64,000 bases of DNA from a virus (lineage: Duplodnaviria; Caudoviricetes), in IMG/VR virus record IMGVR_UViG_3300037419_002279, positions 1-64,000 of that record, one strand, 5' to 3'. A model generated the notes under the pieces. The model searched no databases. It saw only the letters and a program-made list of their open reading frames with translations, and was not told the DNA's origin. Position 1 is the stretch's first letter. Every line of letters starts with the position of its first letter. Of this stretch, positions 36,688 to 46,276 are shown piece by piece. A program made the position numbers and the translations under genes.

Positions 36688-37559
36688 GCCTCTTTGCTGT
36701 CATGAATGCCCTGATGACGAAGGGCCTGACCCCGAACGAAAGCCGGGTCTACGCCTACCTTGTCGGCCGCGGCAACGGTGTCCGGATGTGCTGGGCTGAA
36801 GTGCCCGATATCGCCGCAGACCTCGACATGACGCCTCGCACCGTCATGGCTTGCACCAAGGCGCTTGCAGCGAAGGACAAGCAGCTAATCACTGTGACCC
36901 GGCGGTACAAGGACAGCAACAACTACGCCGTCGTGGACCGCGACGGGCTTTACGACCGGCCGACTTACGCGAACGCCAAGCGCGCAGCCCAGGCGTCCGG
37001 CATCGATTGGGGTGCCGACCCGGAACAGACCGAGTCCGCTGACCTGAAAAAAACAGCAGATATGGCGCCCGATCCTGACCTGAAAAAAACAGCAGATGTG
37101 TCGCTCTCACCTGAAAAAGACGACATTCTGACCTGCAAAAGTACGCATTCTGACCTGAAAAAAACCGCACAAGAGTCAATAGACCAAGACTCTACCAAGG
37201 AAGATACCAAACACACACAGCGCGCGCGCGCGACGGCAAGCCCGTTTGCCGTCGCCGATCCGCCGGGGTGGGAAGCGTTCAAGGCGGCTTACCCGCCGCA
37301 CGACGGTAGCTGGCACGTCGCCCGGCTAGCCTACTGTCAGGCGCTCGCCGAAGGCGTTGACCCCGAGGTCATCGTCGCCGCCGCAAAGGCGTTCCCGTTC
37401 CGGCGCGACGCCGGCACCCGGTTCGTCATCCATCCCGCGACGTGGCTGCGCGAACGCCGATGGGAAACCGAGATCCCCGAACCCGAGCCGGAAGAGTCGC
37501 TGGCTGACCTGATCGCGGCGTCACAGGCCGAACGCGCCGCCCAGCAGAAGGTCGCGTGA
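36684..37559 (+). CDS. Replication initiator (lambda O-like, N-terminal wHTH)
   Basis: AGGAGG RBS; LTPNESRVYAYL..IAADLDMT.RTV; internal iterons; FVIHPATWLRERRWE. Confidence 0.8.
   Translation: MSLFAVMNALMTKGLTPNESRVYAYLVGRGNGVRMCWAEVPDIAADLDMTPRTVMACTKALAAKDKQLITVTRRYKDSNNYAVVDRDGLYDRPTYANAKRAAQASGIDWGADPEQTESADLKKTADMAPDPDLKKTADVSLSPEKDDILTCKSTHSDLKKTAQESIDQDSTKEDTKHTQRARATASPFAVADPPGWEAFKAAYPPHDGSWHVARLAYCQALAEGVDPEVIVAAAKAFPFRRDAGTRFVIHPATWLRERRWETEIPEPEPEESLADLIAASQAERAAQQKVA
37039..37169 (+). repeat. Replication-origin iterons
   Basis: CTGACCTGAAAAAAAC(A/C)GCA at 37039, 37075, 37150; degenerate copies at 37106 and 37128. Confidence 0.85.
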
Positions 37560-37560
37560 C

Positions 37561-38400
37561 ATGGCACTGACCCCACACCAGAAGCTCGCCCGGGCATGGC
37601 TGTCCGGGCTTGCCAATCTGTATCCCACGCCACCCGACATCGAGACGAAAATTCAGGCAATGACGCCGCTGCTGGCGGCAGCCTTTCCCGACGCGCTAGC
37701 CTTCACCGACGAGAGCAAGGCGGCGATGGCGGCGTTGATGCACAGCTTCCCGAGCTTCGGCAGGCTAAACGACTTCCTGAACGCCTGGTGGGCGGACCAC
37801 CAGCCGAAGACGCCGGAAGGCAAGCCCGACGATCTCGATGCCGCGGACATGTCGGCCGAGGACAAGATGGGCGTCCGCATCTGGCTCGGGCACCAGCGCA
37901 TCGGCGACCTGCCGTCGGCGGAACTGATCACGCGGCTGGCGGTCATCCGCCGCTATCACGCCGCCGGCTATCGCTGGCTGATCGCCCATGACACCGCCGC
38001 CGCCGACATCGCCCGCCAGCGCGGCTGGCACGATGCGGCGCCGCGTCCGGCTGACGATGCGGAAAAGGAAGCCGTTGCGCGGATGCTGCACGGCGATCGG
38101 CGAGGCACGACGGATGCGACCGGCAAGCCGATCCCGTCCGGTGCGCCGAAGCAACCCGACCCGGTGCATCAGGCGGCCGCCGGCGTCGTCGCCGATCAGG
38201 TCCGACAGCGCACCGGCCGAACGCCGGGGCAGGTCGCCCCGGACATCCTCGAAGCGGCCCGTGCGGCGAACGCGAACATCGCCGCGGCCCGGGAATACCA
38301 GGAGAAGCAGCGCGCCGCCGCGGCCGCATCGAACGTCACACCGTTCCGACGCAGCCGGATCGATTGGGACGCCGAGCCGCCGGCGGCGGCGACCGGATGA
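37561..38400 (+). CDS. Replication accessory protein (possible helicase loader)
   Basis: Directly follows the initiator; function inferred from position. Confidence 0.45.
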   Translation: MALTPHQKLARAWLSGLANLYPTPPDIETKIQAMTPLLAAAFPDALAFTDESKAAMAALMHSFPSFGRLNDFLNAWWADHQPKTPEGKPDDLDAADMSAEDKMGVRIWLGHQRIGDLPSAELITRLAVIRRYHAAGYRWLIAHDTAAADIARQRGWHDAAPRPADDAEKEAVARMLHGDRRGTTDATGKPIPSGAPKQPDPVHQAAAGVVADQVRQRTGRTPGQVAPDILEAARAANANIAAAREYQEKQRAAAAASNVTPFRRSRIDWDAEPPAAATG

Positions 38401-38600
38401 CTCGGTCGCCGTCCGAGGCGGAACTGGCCGCGACCTGGCACGCGCGCCGCTGTGCGGTCTGCGGCGCCGAGGTGATCGCGGTCATCCTGCCCTGCGACGG
38501 CGTCGACGAAATCAATCTCTGCGCGGCGCATTTCGTCGCCCGGCTGCCGCAGCAGCGCCGGGTGACGGATCGCCACCACCGGAAGCGACGGACGTCGTGA
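38397..38600 (+). CDS. Small zinc-finger protein
   Basis: CAVC..C..LCAAH; ATGA overlap. Confidence 0.5.
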   Translation: MTRSPSEAELAATWHARRCAVCGAEVIAVILPCDGVDEINLCAAHFVARLPQQRRVTDRHHRKRRTS

Positions 38601-38661
38601 TGATGCGGCGCGGCCCGGAAGGAAAACTCGGACAGTTTCGTCACGCTTTGTCCGAGTCAGG

Positions 38662-39483
38662 TTGAAACGATATCGCCGTCTGAAAGCAGGAGAAGTCGCC
38701 GCCATGATCCGCCGAGTCCCCTGGGACGGACCGAACCCGGCACCGGGCGAATTCCTCGCCGGCAAAGGCCGGTCGTATTTCCGCATCCGATCGGTCGTGC
38801 CGCTGGTCCGGCCGTCGCCCGACGGCGCGCGTTTATCGCTCGATCTGCTGCGTCAGGGCGCGTCCGATCTGCCCGACGGTGCCGTCGTGCACCCGCTGTC
38901 GCGCTATGCCGCATCGGATCCGGCCGGGCCGCCGCGCATCCGTCAGATCACCGACGGGCCGGCTGGCGTCATGCGCGACCGCTGGCGCGATCCGTCCGAC
39001 ACAAGGCCCACAGCCGCCGCCAGGCCGCGGCTGGTAACCGGCTACCGGTCGTCATGTCCGCTGCGGCGGATGGCGGCCGCAAAGAAATCGCACATCACCG
39101 ACATCCACATCGTCGCGGCCGACCATTTCCGCACGATGTATGACCTGGCCTATCTCGGCTACACGATGACCGCCGACGGGGTGAAAGTAGCCGCGGGCTA
39201 CGGGCCGCGCCCGGGGCCGTCGCAGGCCGCGCACGCGCAGTCAGCGGCGCGGGGATCGGTGCAGCGCGCGCTCGCCCGCTTCGCGCCGCCGCAGACCGCG
39301 ATGCTGACCGCGATCGTGCTGCAAAATTCCAGCCTCTATGCCTGGTGCGCCGAGGGTCGCCTGAACGCCTCGGTCGAAATGGGCAAGCTGATCGCGATCC
39401 TCGATATCCTGGCCGATCATTATGACCGTGAAGTGGATGCGCTGATGCAGACCGACGCGGCCCTGGTGCTCGAACGCGCCTAG
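38662..39483 (+). CDS. Late transcription regulator candidate (DUF6456-like)
   Basis: WRDPSD..TGYR..PLRRM..IT..H..AAD.FR; last gene of the replication operon. Confidence 0.6.
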   Translation: MKRYRRLKAGEVAAMIRRVPWDGPNPAPGEFLAGKGRSYFRIRSVVPLVRPSPDGARLSLDLLRQGASDLPDGAVVHPLSRYAASDPAGPPRIRQITDGPAGVMRDRWRDPSDTRPTAAARPRLVTGYRSSCPLRRMAAAKKSHITDIHIVAADHFRTMYDLAYLGYTMTADGVKVAAGYGPRPGPSQAAHAQSAARGSVQRALARFAPPQTAMLTAIVLQNSSLYAWCAEGRLNASVEMGKLIAILDILADHYDREVDALMQTDAALVLERA

Positions 39484-39530
39484 CGCTATATGCGGCGCAT
39501 CGACGTGGATCGGTGTCCACGTACAAACTT

Positions 39531-39571
39531 CAGCGGCCGACGGGAAGCACCCCATCGGCCGCTGCTCTTTT
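39531..39571 (+). terminator. Intrinsic terminator
   Basis: CAGCGGCCGA/TCGGCCGCTG stem followed by CTCTTTT. Confidence 0.7.
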
Positions 39572-39636
39572 CATCTTGCCGTGCATAAAGCACAGCGCTA
39601 TGAAATCATTAGTGTGGCGAGTTGCGCCTCGCTCTC

Positions 39637-39870
39637 TCAGAAAATATCCCGAATCCAGTTTCCGTCGGCCTGCCGGCGCAGCACGCTGACTGGCCCGCGC
39701 GCCTCGGTCCGCGCGCAGAACAGGTCGAACCGGCCGGACGCGCCGGATTCCGTGGTGCCGATGACGATGGTGCGCGATAGCGCCCGGCCGCAGTGATCGC
39801 AGTATGCGACCGGTGGGATGGATGTGCCGAGCATTTCGGCGGGTTCATCGTCGTGGTGCGAAATCAGCAT
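39637..39870 (-). CDS. Small zinc-ribbon protein
   Basis: AAAGGACACCGA RBS motif; YCDHC. Confidence 0.6.
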   Translation of the reverse strand: MLISHHDDEPAEMLGTSIPPVAYCDHCGRALSRTIVIGTTESGASGRFDLFCARTEARGPVSVLRRQADGNWIRDIF

Positions 39871-39889
39871 GTGTCGGTGTCCTTTGGTT

Positions 39890-39918
39890 AAAAAAAGGGC
39901 GACCCGAAGGCCGCCCTT
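39890..39918 (-). terminator. Intrinsic terminator with cUUCGg loop
   Basis: Minus strand AAGGGCGGCC-TTCG-GGTCGCCCTTTTTTT. Confidence 0.85.
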
Positions 39919-39924
39919 GCTCGA

Positions 39925-40806
39925 TTAAGCCTCGACGAGATCCCGCCAGACTTTGCCCTCAATCAACCCGGCGACCCTCTTGTGCCGGTCGAATTTGGCT
40001 TGACCGCGGCCGCCCTTCACGGCGCTATCCGCATGCGATGCCCAGTTGGTCAGCACCGAATAAAGCGTCCATGCGTTCGGACCCGATTGCGCCGATCCGT
40101 CGTCGCGGGCGCGTAGCCAAGCGTGCACCAGGTGATCCGTCAGCGAGTCAGTCGCTTGCGGTAGAGCTTTGCAGACCTGCATGGCCTGTTGGTCGCTAAT
40201 CGCGATCGTCGCCCATTCCTTCCAGCGCCGCGTCCGCTCGATGTGCTCTTCGGCGGCTTTAGTCAGGCCGGCGATAGCTGCCTTGACGTCAACGGCGCCG
40301 GTGTGCCGGGCAGAAAACTGCGCGTAATCCGTCCCGTGGATTGCCGTGTTTGCGCAGACGAACGTGTAGGCCCCGCACTGCCCCCGGAACCGAAGCGACC
40401 CATCATAGGAATTCATCATAATCAAAGCGAGGGCTACACTTACGCCCTTCTTAACTTCGATCTGATGGGCCGGAAGCAGGTACTGCCGGAAGCAGCGCGC
40501 ACCGTTGTTGGCGTAGTCGGTGCCGATCCGCATGCCTTCCAGATCCAGCGTGCTGGACTCTAGCGCTTCCTCAAAGGCGCCGAAGGCTTCCTCGTTGGTG
40601 ATCACCTTGTAGCTGTCGGTGGCGACATGCAGCGTATCGCCGGTGTCTTCGCGCACGATGCGCAGGTAGCCGGGCAGTTCGTGACCCTGTTCGTCGAACA
40701 GGCGCCGCGCCTTGACCGGGAAGAAGACCGGCTTGGCATGGTTCGCCGGGATGAAGCCGTACTTGTCCATCTGGTCGGCGTAGGAAGAAATCGCGTCTAA
40801 CGGCAT
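39925..40806 (-). CDS. DUF932/DUF945 family protein
   Basis: IVREDTG..L..DSYKVITN.EAF..NSYDGS..F..VCAN. Confidence 0.85.
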   Translation of the reverse strand: MPLDAISSYADQMDKYGFIPANHAKPVFFPVKARRLFDEQGHELPGYLRIVREDTGDTLHVATDSYKVITNEEAFGAFEEALESSTLDLEGMRIGTDYANNGARCFRQYLLPAHQIEVKKGVSVALALIMMNSYDGSLRFRGQCGAYTFVCANTAIHGTDYAQFSARHTGAVDVKAAIAGLTKAAEEHIERTRRWKEWATIAISDQQAMQVCKALPQATDSLTDHLVHAWLRARDDGSAQSGPNAWTLYSVLTNWASHADSAVKGGRGQAKFDRHKRVAGLIEGKVWRDLVEA

Positions 40807-40965
40807 CGTCGGTGTCCTTTCTGGTTTTGCGTCCCGCGCAATTTATGCCCGGTGCGCACAGATTATGTCCATCGCGCACAGATAGCAAGAACGAAAATCC
40901 GGTTCGGTGAAAAAATCCGGCAATTTTTTCGGCCGGAAGAAGTCTGTCGCCGGCAGCCGCCAATA

Positions 40966-40992
40966 AAAAAACGGGGCACCGCGCCCCGCCTT
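40966..40992 (-). terminator. Intrinsic terminator
   Basis: Minus strand GCGGGGC-GCGGT-GCCCCGTTTTTT. Confidence 0.7.
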
Positions 40993-41050
40993 TCTGATGA
41001 TACTCTGAACCGAGACGCCTAGTCTGCGGCGGACCAGTACAGGATCAGCC

Positions 41051-41290
41051 CTACAGGTCGCGGATGCTGCGCGAAATCTCGAACAGAAGCGTCCGCATCG
41101 CGTCGAACCGTCGCGCGACAGCAGGCCGCTTCCGATCGAGTTGGTAGGCCGCGTCCTCGGCCGCGGTTAGGTGCTTGTGGATGTGCCTGATCTGCTTGCG
41201 TAGCTCATCGGCAACCGCGGGCGGATAGAACACCCGACGATACGCCTCTTCCCGCGTCGGCGGAATGATGGTGAGGTTCTTGCCGCTCAT
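41051..41290 (-). CDS. Hypothetical protein
   Basis: AGGACGCCGCAAC-ATG; ATGA overlap. Confidence 0.55.
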   Translation of the reverse strand: MSGKNLTIIPPTREEAYRRVFYPPAVADELRKQIRHIHKHLTAAEDAAYQLDRKRPAVARRFDAMRTLLFEISRSIRDL

Positions 41291-42030
41291 GTTGCGGCGT
41301 CCTGCTTGGTTAGGTGGTAGGTGCAAGGCCGCACTGACTTGTCGACCCGGTAGTCGTAGCCCCAGCGCGCGCCGATGCGCTGGCACTCCTGGATAGGCGC
41401 CGGGTTCTTCCAGCCCGTCGCATCGGCGATCTCCTTCGTCGTCGCACCCCCGTCGCGGGTGGTCAGGTCGATGAATATCTGATCCGAAGCGCCGGGTGCG
41501 GTCAGCCGCCCGCCGGTGCGCAGGCCGCCCGAACCGCCGCCGCCGGCCGGCGCGTCGATGGTGACCGTCTGGCCGCCTTCCGGTGCGTAGCTGACCGACA
41601 CGCCTGTCCGCTTGGCGAGCAGCTTCGCGACGTCGTAGGCACCGATCGCCGTCAGCGGCAGGGCGAAGCTGTAGATCGCGGTCTTCTGGCCGTCGTCAGG
41701 CAACGGCAGCGCCGCCTGCGCCGGGGCCTCCGGGACCGCCGGCGCCGGGTCTTCGATCACCGCCTCGACCGCGTCCGCAAGCGCCGCATCGTCGCCGTTG
41801 GCAACCGCTTCGTCCTTCGCATTGCGGTGCGCATCGAAGATGCAAATCGCTTCGTCGCTGACCGGCTCAAGCCGCACGCCGCCGTCCGCTTCGGTGATCA
41901 GATCGCAGCCGATCGCCTCGCGCAGGTCGCCCTTGACGCCGCGCCGACGCAGGAATTCACGCGCGGACTTTTGCGAGAACCAGACCTTGTCGATCGTGTC
42001 GGCGGTCAGGATGCCGGGAAGATTCATCAT
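41287..42030 (-). CDS. Hypothetical protein with C-terminal winged HTH
   Basis: GATTKEIADATGW..; AAGGACACCGA motif. Confidence 0.65.
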   Translation of the reverse strand: MMNLPGILTADTIDKVWFSQKSAREFLRRRGVKGDLREAIGCDLITEADGGVRLEPVSDEAICIFDAHRNAKDEAVANGDDAALADAVEAVIEDPAPAVPEAPAQAALPLPDDGQKTAIYSFALPLTAIGAYDVAKLLAKRTGVSVSYAPEGGQTVTIDAPAGGGGSGGLRTGGRLTAPGASDQIFIDLTTRDGGATTKEIADATGWKNPAPIQECQRIGARWGYDYRVDKSVRPCTYHLTKQDAAT

Positions 42031-42153
42031 GTTCGGTGTCCTTCATTGTTGCCGGGCGTATTCGCCTCGGTGACGGAACTATAGGCGAGTAATTCAGAAT
42101 ATAACGAATGCGTTTAGAGCGCTCGACGAGTGCTCAAAGAGCATAGGCGGGGA

Positions 42154-44997
42154 ATGACCCAACTACAGATCGAATACAGGCCGGTAGAAGCCTTGATCCC
42201 GTATGCGCTGAACCCGAAAACGCATTCGGATGCGCAGATCGCCGCGATCGGCGAGTCGATGCGCGAATTCGGCTGGACGAACCCGGTGCTGATCGACGGC
42301 CGGGGCGGGATCATCGCCGGACACGGCCGCATCGCCGCGGCGAAGGCGCAGGGGATCAGCGACGTCCCCTGCATCGTCCTCGATCACCTGAATGACGCGC
42401 AGGTACGCGCCCTGGTCACGCTGGACAACTGGCTGACCGAACACGGCGCGTCCTGGAACCTGCCGCTGCTGCAAGGCGAGATTGCCGCGCTGTCGGACAT
42501 GAAGTTCGACCTCGAACGCTTCGGCATGACAGCGCCGAACCTGACCGCCGCCTTCCCGGGTCTGTTCGCCGCCGGCACCGGTGCAGCACCGCTGGCGGAA
42601 CGCACCGCCCCCGTCGGTAACCTGGCCGACCGCTTCGGCCTGCCGCCGTTTTCTGTCCTGTCCGCCCGCGACGGATGGTGGCAGGCACGCAAGCGGGCCT
42701 GGCTGCGCTTAGGCATCCGCTCCGAACTCGGCCGCGGCGTCGAAAACCCCGACGATCCGCAACTGACCTACAAAGGCCAGGCCAGCCTCAACGCGATCAC
42801 CGGTCAGCGCAAAGCCGGGCTGCTATACGGCGAACAGAGCGCCGAATTCGATCATTACCGCCGGCGCGAAGGCACCCGCCCAGCGCTTGCCGAAGAAGGC
42901 GACGCCCGGCAGGTGATCGGGACATCGATCTTCGATCCGGTGCTCTGCGAATTGGCCTATCGCTGGTTCTGCCCGCCCGGCGGTGCCGTCCTCGACCCGT
43001 TTGCCGGCGGATCGGTCCGCGGTGTTGTCGCCGCCTGGCTCGGCCGGCAGTATGTCGGCGTCGATCTGTCCGGCCGGCAGATCGCGGCAAACAGAGAACA
43101 ATGGGAGGCTATCCGCGAAGGCCGGCCGACAGCGAAGCCTGAACCCATCATCGAGGATCCTGCCGCGTTGACGCCGATCCAGGCCGTCGGCGACGTGCTG
43201 GTCAAACGCGATGACCTGTTCGAATTCGCCGGCGTACCCGGGGGCAAAGTCCGAACCTGTCTTGCCCTAGCCCGGGCCGCCCTTGCGGCAGGGCAAGGCG
43301 GGCTTGTCACCGCCGGGTCGCGGGCAAGCCCCCAGGTCAACATCGTCGCCCGCGTGGGCCGCGCCCTGGGCCTGCCGGTGCGGTGCCACACCCCGCAGGG
43401 CAAGCTGGCCCTTGAAGTCCAGGCCGCCCTCGAAGCAAGGGCAGAAGTCATCCAGCACAAAGCCGGGCACAACACCGTCATCGTCGCCCGCGCCCGCGAA
43501 GACGCCGCCGCCCGCGGCTGGGCGGAAATCCCCTTCGGCATGGAATGCCTCGAAGCGATCACCCAGACGCGGCGCCAGGTCGCGAACGTCCCGCCCGATG
43601 TCCGACGCATTGTCATCCCCGTCGGATCCGGCATGTCAGCCGCCGGCGTGCTCTGGGGCCTGATCGATCAGGGCCTGTCGATGCCGGTCATCGGCGTCGT
43701 CGTCGGCGCTGATCCCGCCGATCGGCTGGATCACCATGCGCCGCAGGACTGGCGCGACCGCATGACGCTGATCCCGTCCGGGTCGGACTATCACGAGCCG
43801 GCCGCGCAAACAGCGTTCGGACATCTCGACCTCGACCCCCACTACGAAGCGAAGTGCATCGATTTCCTTGAGCCCGGTGACCTGCTCTGGATCGTTGGCG
43901 TGCGCGCCACGTCCAGACTGGCGTCCCGGCCGGCGTCGACTTCAGTCGTGGCACCGTCGGCCGGGTCTGCCCTGCGCTGGCGCGTGGGCGCAAAGACGAT
44001 GACCGCCCGCCATGACTGCACCCTGTCCGGCATCCAGACCCGCTGCGGCGGCGGTTGCTGCCGCGCCGGGCCGTCCCGCAGTTACTGGCCGGCGCGCGCC
44101 TACGGCGATGTCTGCGGCAACCTCGGCCCGTCCGGCTGCACCCTGTCCCCGGACGACAAGCCGGTGACCTGCCTGCTCTATCCGCTGGTGGCCCACGACG
44201 ATAAGGGCTCGATCGTGCTGCATCATCGGACCCGGCTGCCGACGTCGGTCTGCCGCGGCAATTACGGCCAGGGGCCGATGCTGATCGATGCGATCGAAGG
44301 CAACCTGCGCACGCTGTTCGGCGATGCGCAATTCGAGCGGGTGCATGCCGAGGTCACCGCCGGGCGCGACAGCTATTTCGACGTCCCGCCCGATATCGCC
44401 GAAGCCGTCCGCCGCGAACACGGCTGGGCCGAGCATGCGATCAAGCCGGTGCCGCGGTCGCAGGCGGGGACGATACCAGAGTCCACACCGCCCGCGCGGC
44501 CCGATCCGGTCTGGATCGAAGGAGACTCACGTGCGATCGCCGATCTCCTGCCGGCGGATTTCGAAGCCGACTTCATCTGGACCTGCCCGCCCTACGCGGA
44601 CCTCGAAGTCTACAGCGACCATCCGGCCGATCTGTCGGCAATGTCAGACCCGGACTTTACTGACGCCTATCGGCAGATCATCGCCGCAGCCTGCGCGCGG
44701 CTGAAGCCGGACCGGTTCGCCGCGATTACCGTGGGCGAAGTGCGCGATGATCGGGGCATGTGCCGCAACCTGCCCGGCCTGACGATCGAGGCGTTCGAAG
44801 CGGCCGGCCTGAAGCTCTACAACGACGCGATCCTGGTCACCGCCGTCGGCAGCCTGCCGATCCGTGTCGGCCGGCAATTCACCGCCGCCCGCAAGCTCGG
44901 ACGGACCCATCAATCGGTGCTGGTGTTCATCAAGGGCGACCCGAAAGCGGCAACGGCCGCGTGCGGGGACGTCGAATTCGGGGACGCGCCCACATAG
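42154..44997 (+). CDS. ParB-like + amino-DNA-methyltransferase interrupted by PLP-enzyme and Cys-rich domains
   Basis: PYALNPKTH..FGWTNPVLID..IIAGHGR; DPFAGGS (42994); KRDDL..GGKVR (43246); CGGGCC..CLLYP; TCPPY (44581). Confidence 0.85.
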   Translation: MTQLQIEYRPVEALIPYALNPKTHSDAQIAAIGESMREFGWTNPVLIDGRGGIIAGHGRIAAAKAQGISDVPCIVLDHLNDAQVRALVTLDNWLTEHGASWNLPLLQGEIAALSDMKFDLERFGMTAPNLTAAFPGLFAAGTGAAPLAERTAPVGNLADRFGLPPFSVLSARDGWWQARKRAWLRLGIRSELGRGVENPDDPQLTYKGQASLNAITGQRKAGLLYGEQSAEFDHYRRREGTRPALAEEGDARQVIGTSIFDPVLCELAYRWFCPPGGAVLDPFAGGSVRGVVAAWLGRQYVGVDLSGRQIAANREQWEAIREGRPTAKPEPIIEDPAALTPIQAVGDVLVKRDDLFEFAGVPGGKVRTCLALARAALAAGQGGLVTAGSRASPQVNIVARVGRALGLPVRCHTPQGKLALEVQAALEARAEVIQHKAGHNTVIVARAREDAAARGWAEIPFGMECLEAITQTRRQVANVPPDVRRIVIPVGSGMSAAGVLWGLIDQGLSMPVIGVVVGADPADRLDHHAPQDWRDRMTLIPSGSDYHEPAAQTAFGHLDLDPHYEAKCIDFLEPGDLLWIVGVRATSRLASRPASTSVVAPSAGSALRWRVGAKTMTARHDCTLSGIQTRCGGGCCRAGPSRSYWPARAYGDVCGNLGPSGCTLSPDDKPVTCLLYPLVAHDDKGSIVLHHRTRLPTSVCRGNYGQGPMLIDAIEGNLRTLFGDAQFERVHAEVTAGRDSYFDVPPDIAEAVRREHGWAEHAIKPVPRSQAGTIPESTPPARPDPVWIEGDSRAIADLLPADFEADFIWTCPPYADLEVYSDHPADLSAMSDPDFTDAYRQIIAAACARLKPDRFAAITVGEVRDDRGMCRNLPGLTIEAFEAAGLKLYNDAILVTAVGSLPIRVGRQFTAARKLGRTHQSVLVFIKGDPKAATAACGDVEFGDAPT

Positions 44998-45163
44998 AAG
45001 ATCGGCCGGGTATGACCCCGGCCGCCGTGCTGCCCCCCTGGGGCCTGTTCTATTAGGTGAGGTTTGAGAGTCCCCGCGCGGCCTCGCAGAGACGGACACT
45101 GGACGCCGCCGCGGCGCCGCGGCGCAACTCACGAAGCGGGGAAGTCAGACCAGAAGTCTGACG

Positions 45164-45259
45164 TCATCCCCGCCAGTTTAGCCAAACGACGAACCCGCCG
45201 AACAAGCCGGCGGCGAAGATCGGCCAGATGATCCAGGTCAGGACCTGATCCGCGGTCAT
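45164..45259 (-). CDS. 31-aa single-TM protein
   Basis: MTADQVLTWIIWPIFAAGLFGGFVVWLNWRG; overlap with upstream stop. Confidence 0.55.
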   Translation of the reverse strand: MTADQVLTWIIWPIFAAGLFGGFVVWLNWRG

Positions 45260-45468
45260 TGAAGCCTCCCGAGCAGCGCGCGGGCAGCGGCGTGCACGCC
45301 GACCGCGATGATAATCCAGACCAGGCCGCTGACAAAGCGGCCGGCCCCTTCGATCTGTCCCGACGCCGCCGGGGCGATGAACCCGGCGACGGCAAAGGCG
45401 ACAGCGACGTTGTTCAGACCCGTCGCGGCAAGCTTGATCCGTTCGTTGTGGATGTCCGGTGCCGGCAT
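45256..45468 (-). CDS. Small two-TM protein (HNERxKL family)
   Basis: IHNERIKLAATGLNNVAVAFAVAGFIAP. Confidence 0.65.
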   Translation of the reverse strand: MPAPDIHNERIKLAATGLNNVAVAFAVAGFIAPAASGQIEGAGRFVSGLVWIIIAVGVHAAARALLGRLQ

Positions 45469-45683
45469 CAGGAAGCATCCGGCGGGCGCGGCCCGCCATG
45501 GACCTCGCCGCTGGTGTCGAAATGCCAGATGCGTTCGGATCCGTCCCAGCATTCCCAGGCAGTCCAGTTCGGGTCATGGAAAATGCCCGGGATCATCCGG
45601 CGCGCGGGGTTCTGCGCATCGGCTGTCGCCTGCCGCGTCTCGCCTGTCACCCGGTTGCGGAAGACGTACGTCGGCATCATCAT
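45468..45683 (-). CDS. Hypothetical protein
   Basis: GAGGGAGG RBS. Confidence 0.6.
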   Translation of the reverse strand: MMMPTYVFRNRVTGETRQATADAQNPARRMIPGIFHDPNWTAWECWDGSERIWHFDTSGEVHGGPRPPDAS

Positions 45684-45865
45684 CCCTCCCTCAGTGCGGC
45701 GATGAAGCGCTGCACGACCGCGACGTCATGTTCCATCAGGCTTGCCGTCGCGACGACATTGCCATCGGACAGCTTCCGCCGCCCGCCTAGTTCGATCACC
45801 TCTACAATCGCCTGTTGCAGCCGCATTGCGGCCCGCAAGGCGCCGATCGCCTGTTCCGATTTCAT
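45680..45865 (-). CDS. Hypothetical protein
   Basis: AAGGGGG RBS; ATGA overlap. Confidence 0.55.
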   Translation of the reverse strand: MKSEQAIGALRAAMRLQQAIVEVIELGGRRKLSDGNVVATASLMEHDVAVVQRFIAALREG

Positions 45866-45951
45866 GTCCGCGCCCCCTTGACCAGACGCGCAACGATACT
45901 GACGTGTAGCCGGAATAGAAGACCGGCCAAGCTCTGCCATGGGCACATCAT
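45862..45951 (-). CDS. 29-aa microprotein
   Basis: AAAGGACACCGAT-ATG; MMCPWQSLAGLLFRLHVSIVARLVKGART; ATGA overlaps on both sides. Confidence 0.45.
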   Translation of the reverse strand: MMCPWQSLAGLLFRLHVSIVARLVKGART

Positions 45952-46274
45952 ATCGGTGTCCTTTCGTCGGCGGTCACGGTGTGCATCCGGCCGCCGGTGT
46001 TGTTGGTGACCTCGAAGCTGTCGGGGTAGCTGGCGAAAATCGCCAGCGCGTCGCCGCCGGGCCGCGACGTGATCTGACCGGTGACTGCGAACAGCCCGTC
46101 GGCCGTCACATCGGGGAAGACCGCAAGTTCCAGCATCCAGCCGCTGCGATCGGTGCGCCGATCGCCCGTGTGGTCGATGAACAGCACGACGTCCCAGCCT
46201 GACCCGCCGGGATTGGCGGTCACGCGCACCTCGAACGGCGTCCCGCCGTCGCGCGGTTGAACAGTTGTTTGCAC
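45948..46274 (-). CDS. Hypothetical protein
   Basis: GGAGG RBS before GTG. Confidence 0.55.
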   Translation of the reverse strand: MQTTVQPRDGGTPFEVRVTANPGGSGWDVVLFIDHTGDRRTDRSGWMLELAVFPDVTADGLFAVTGQITSRPGGDALAIFASYPDSFEVTNNTGGRMHTVTADERTPI

Positions 46275-46276
46275 GG

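Noticed and set aside
39510-39518. Extra GGACACCGA copy
   Set aside because: Followed only by a 4-codon ORF on the minus strand; probably a relic or chance match.
45000-45163. GC-rich hairpins between convergent genes as a pac/cos site or ncRNA
   Set aside because: Short GC palindromes are expected at this composition; nothing specific beyond the GTCAGAC pair already reported.
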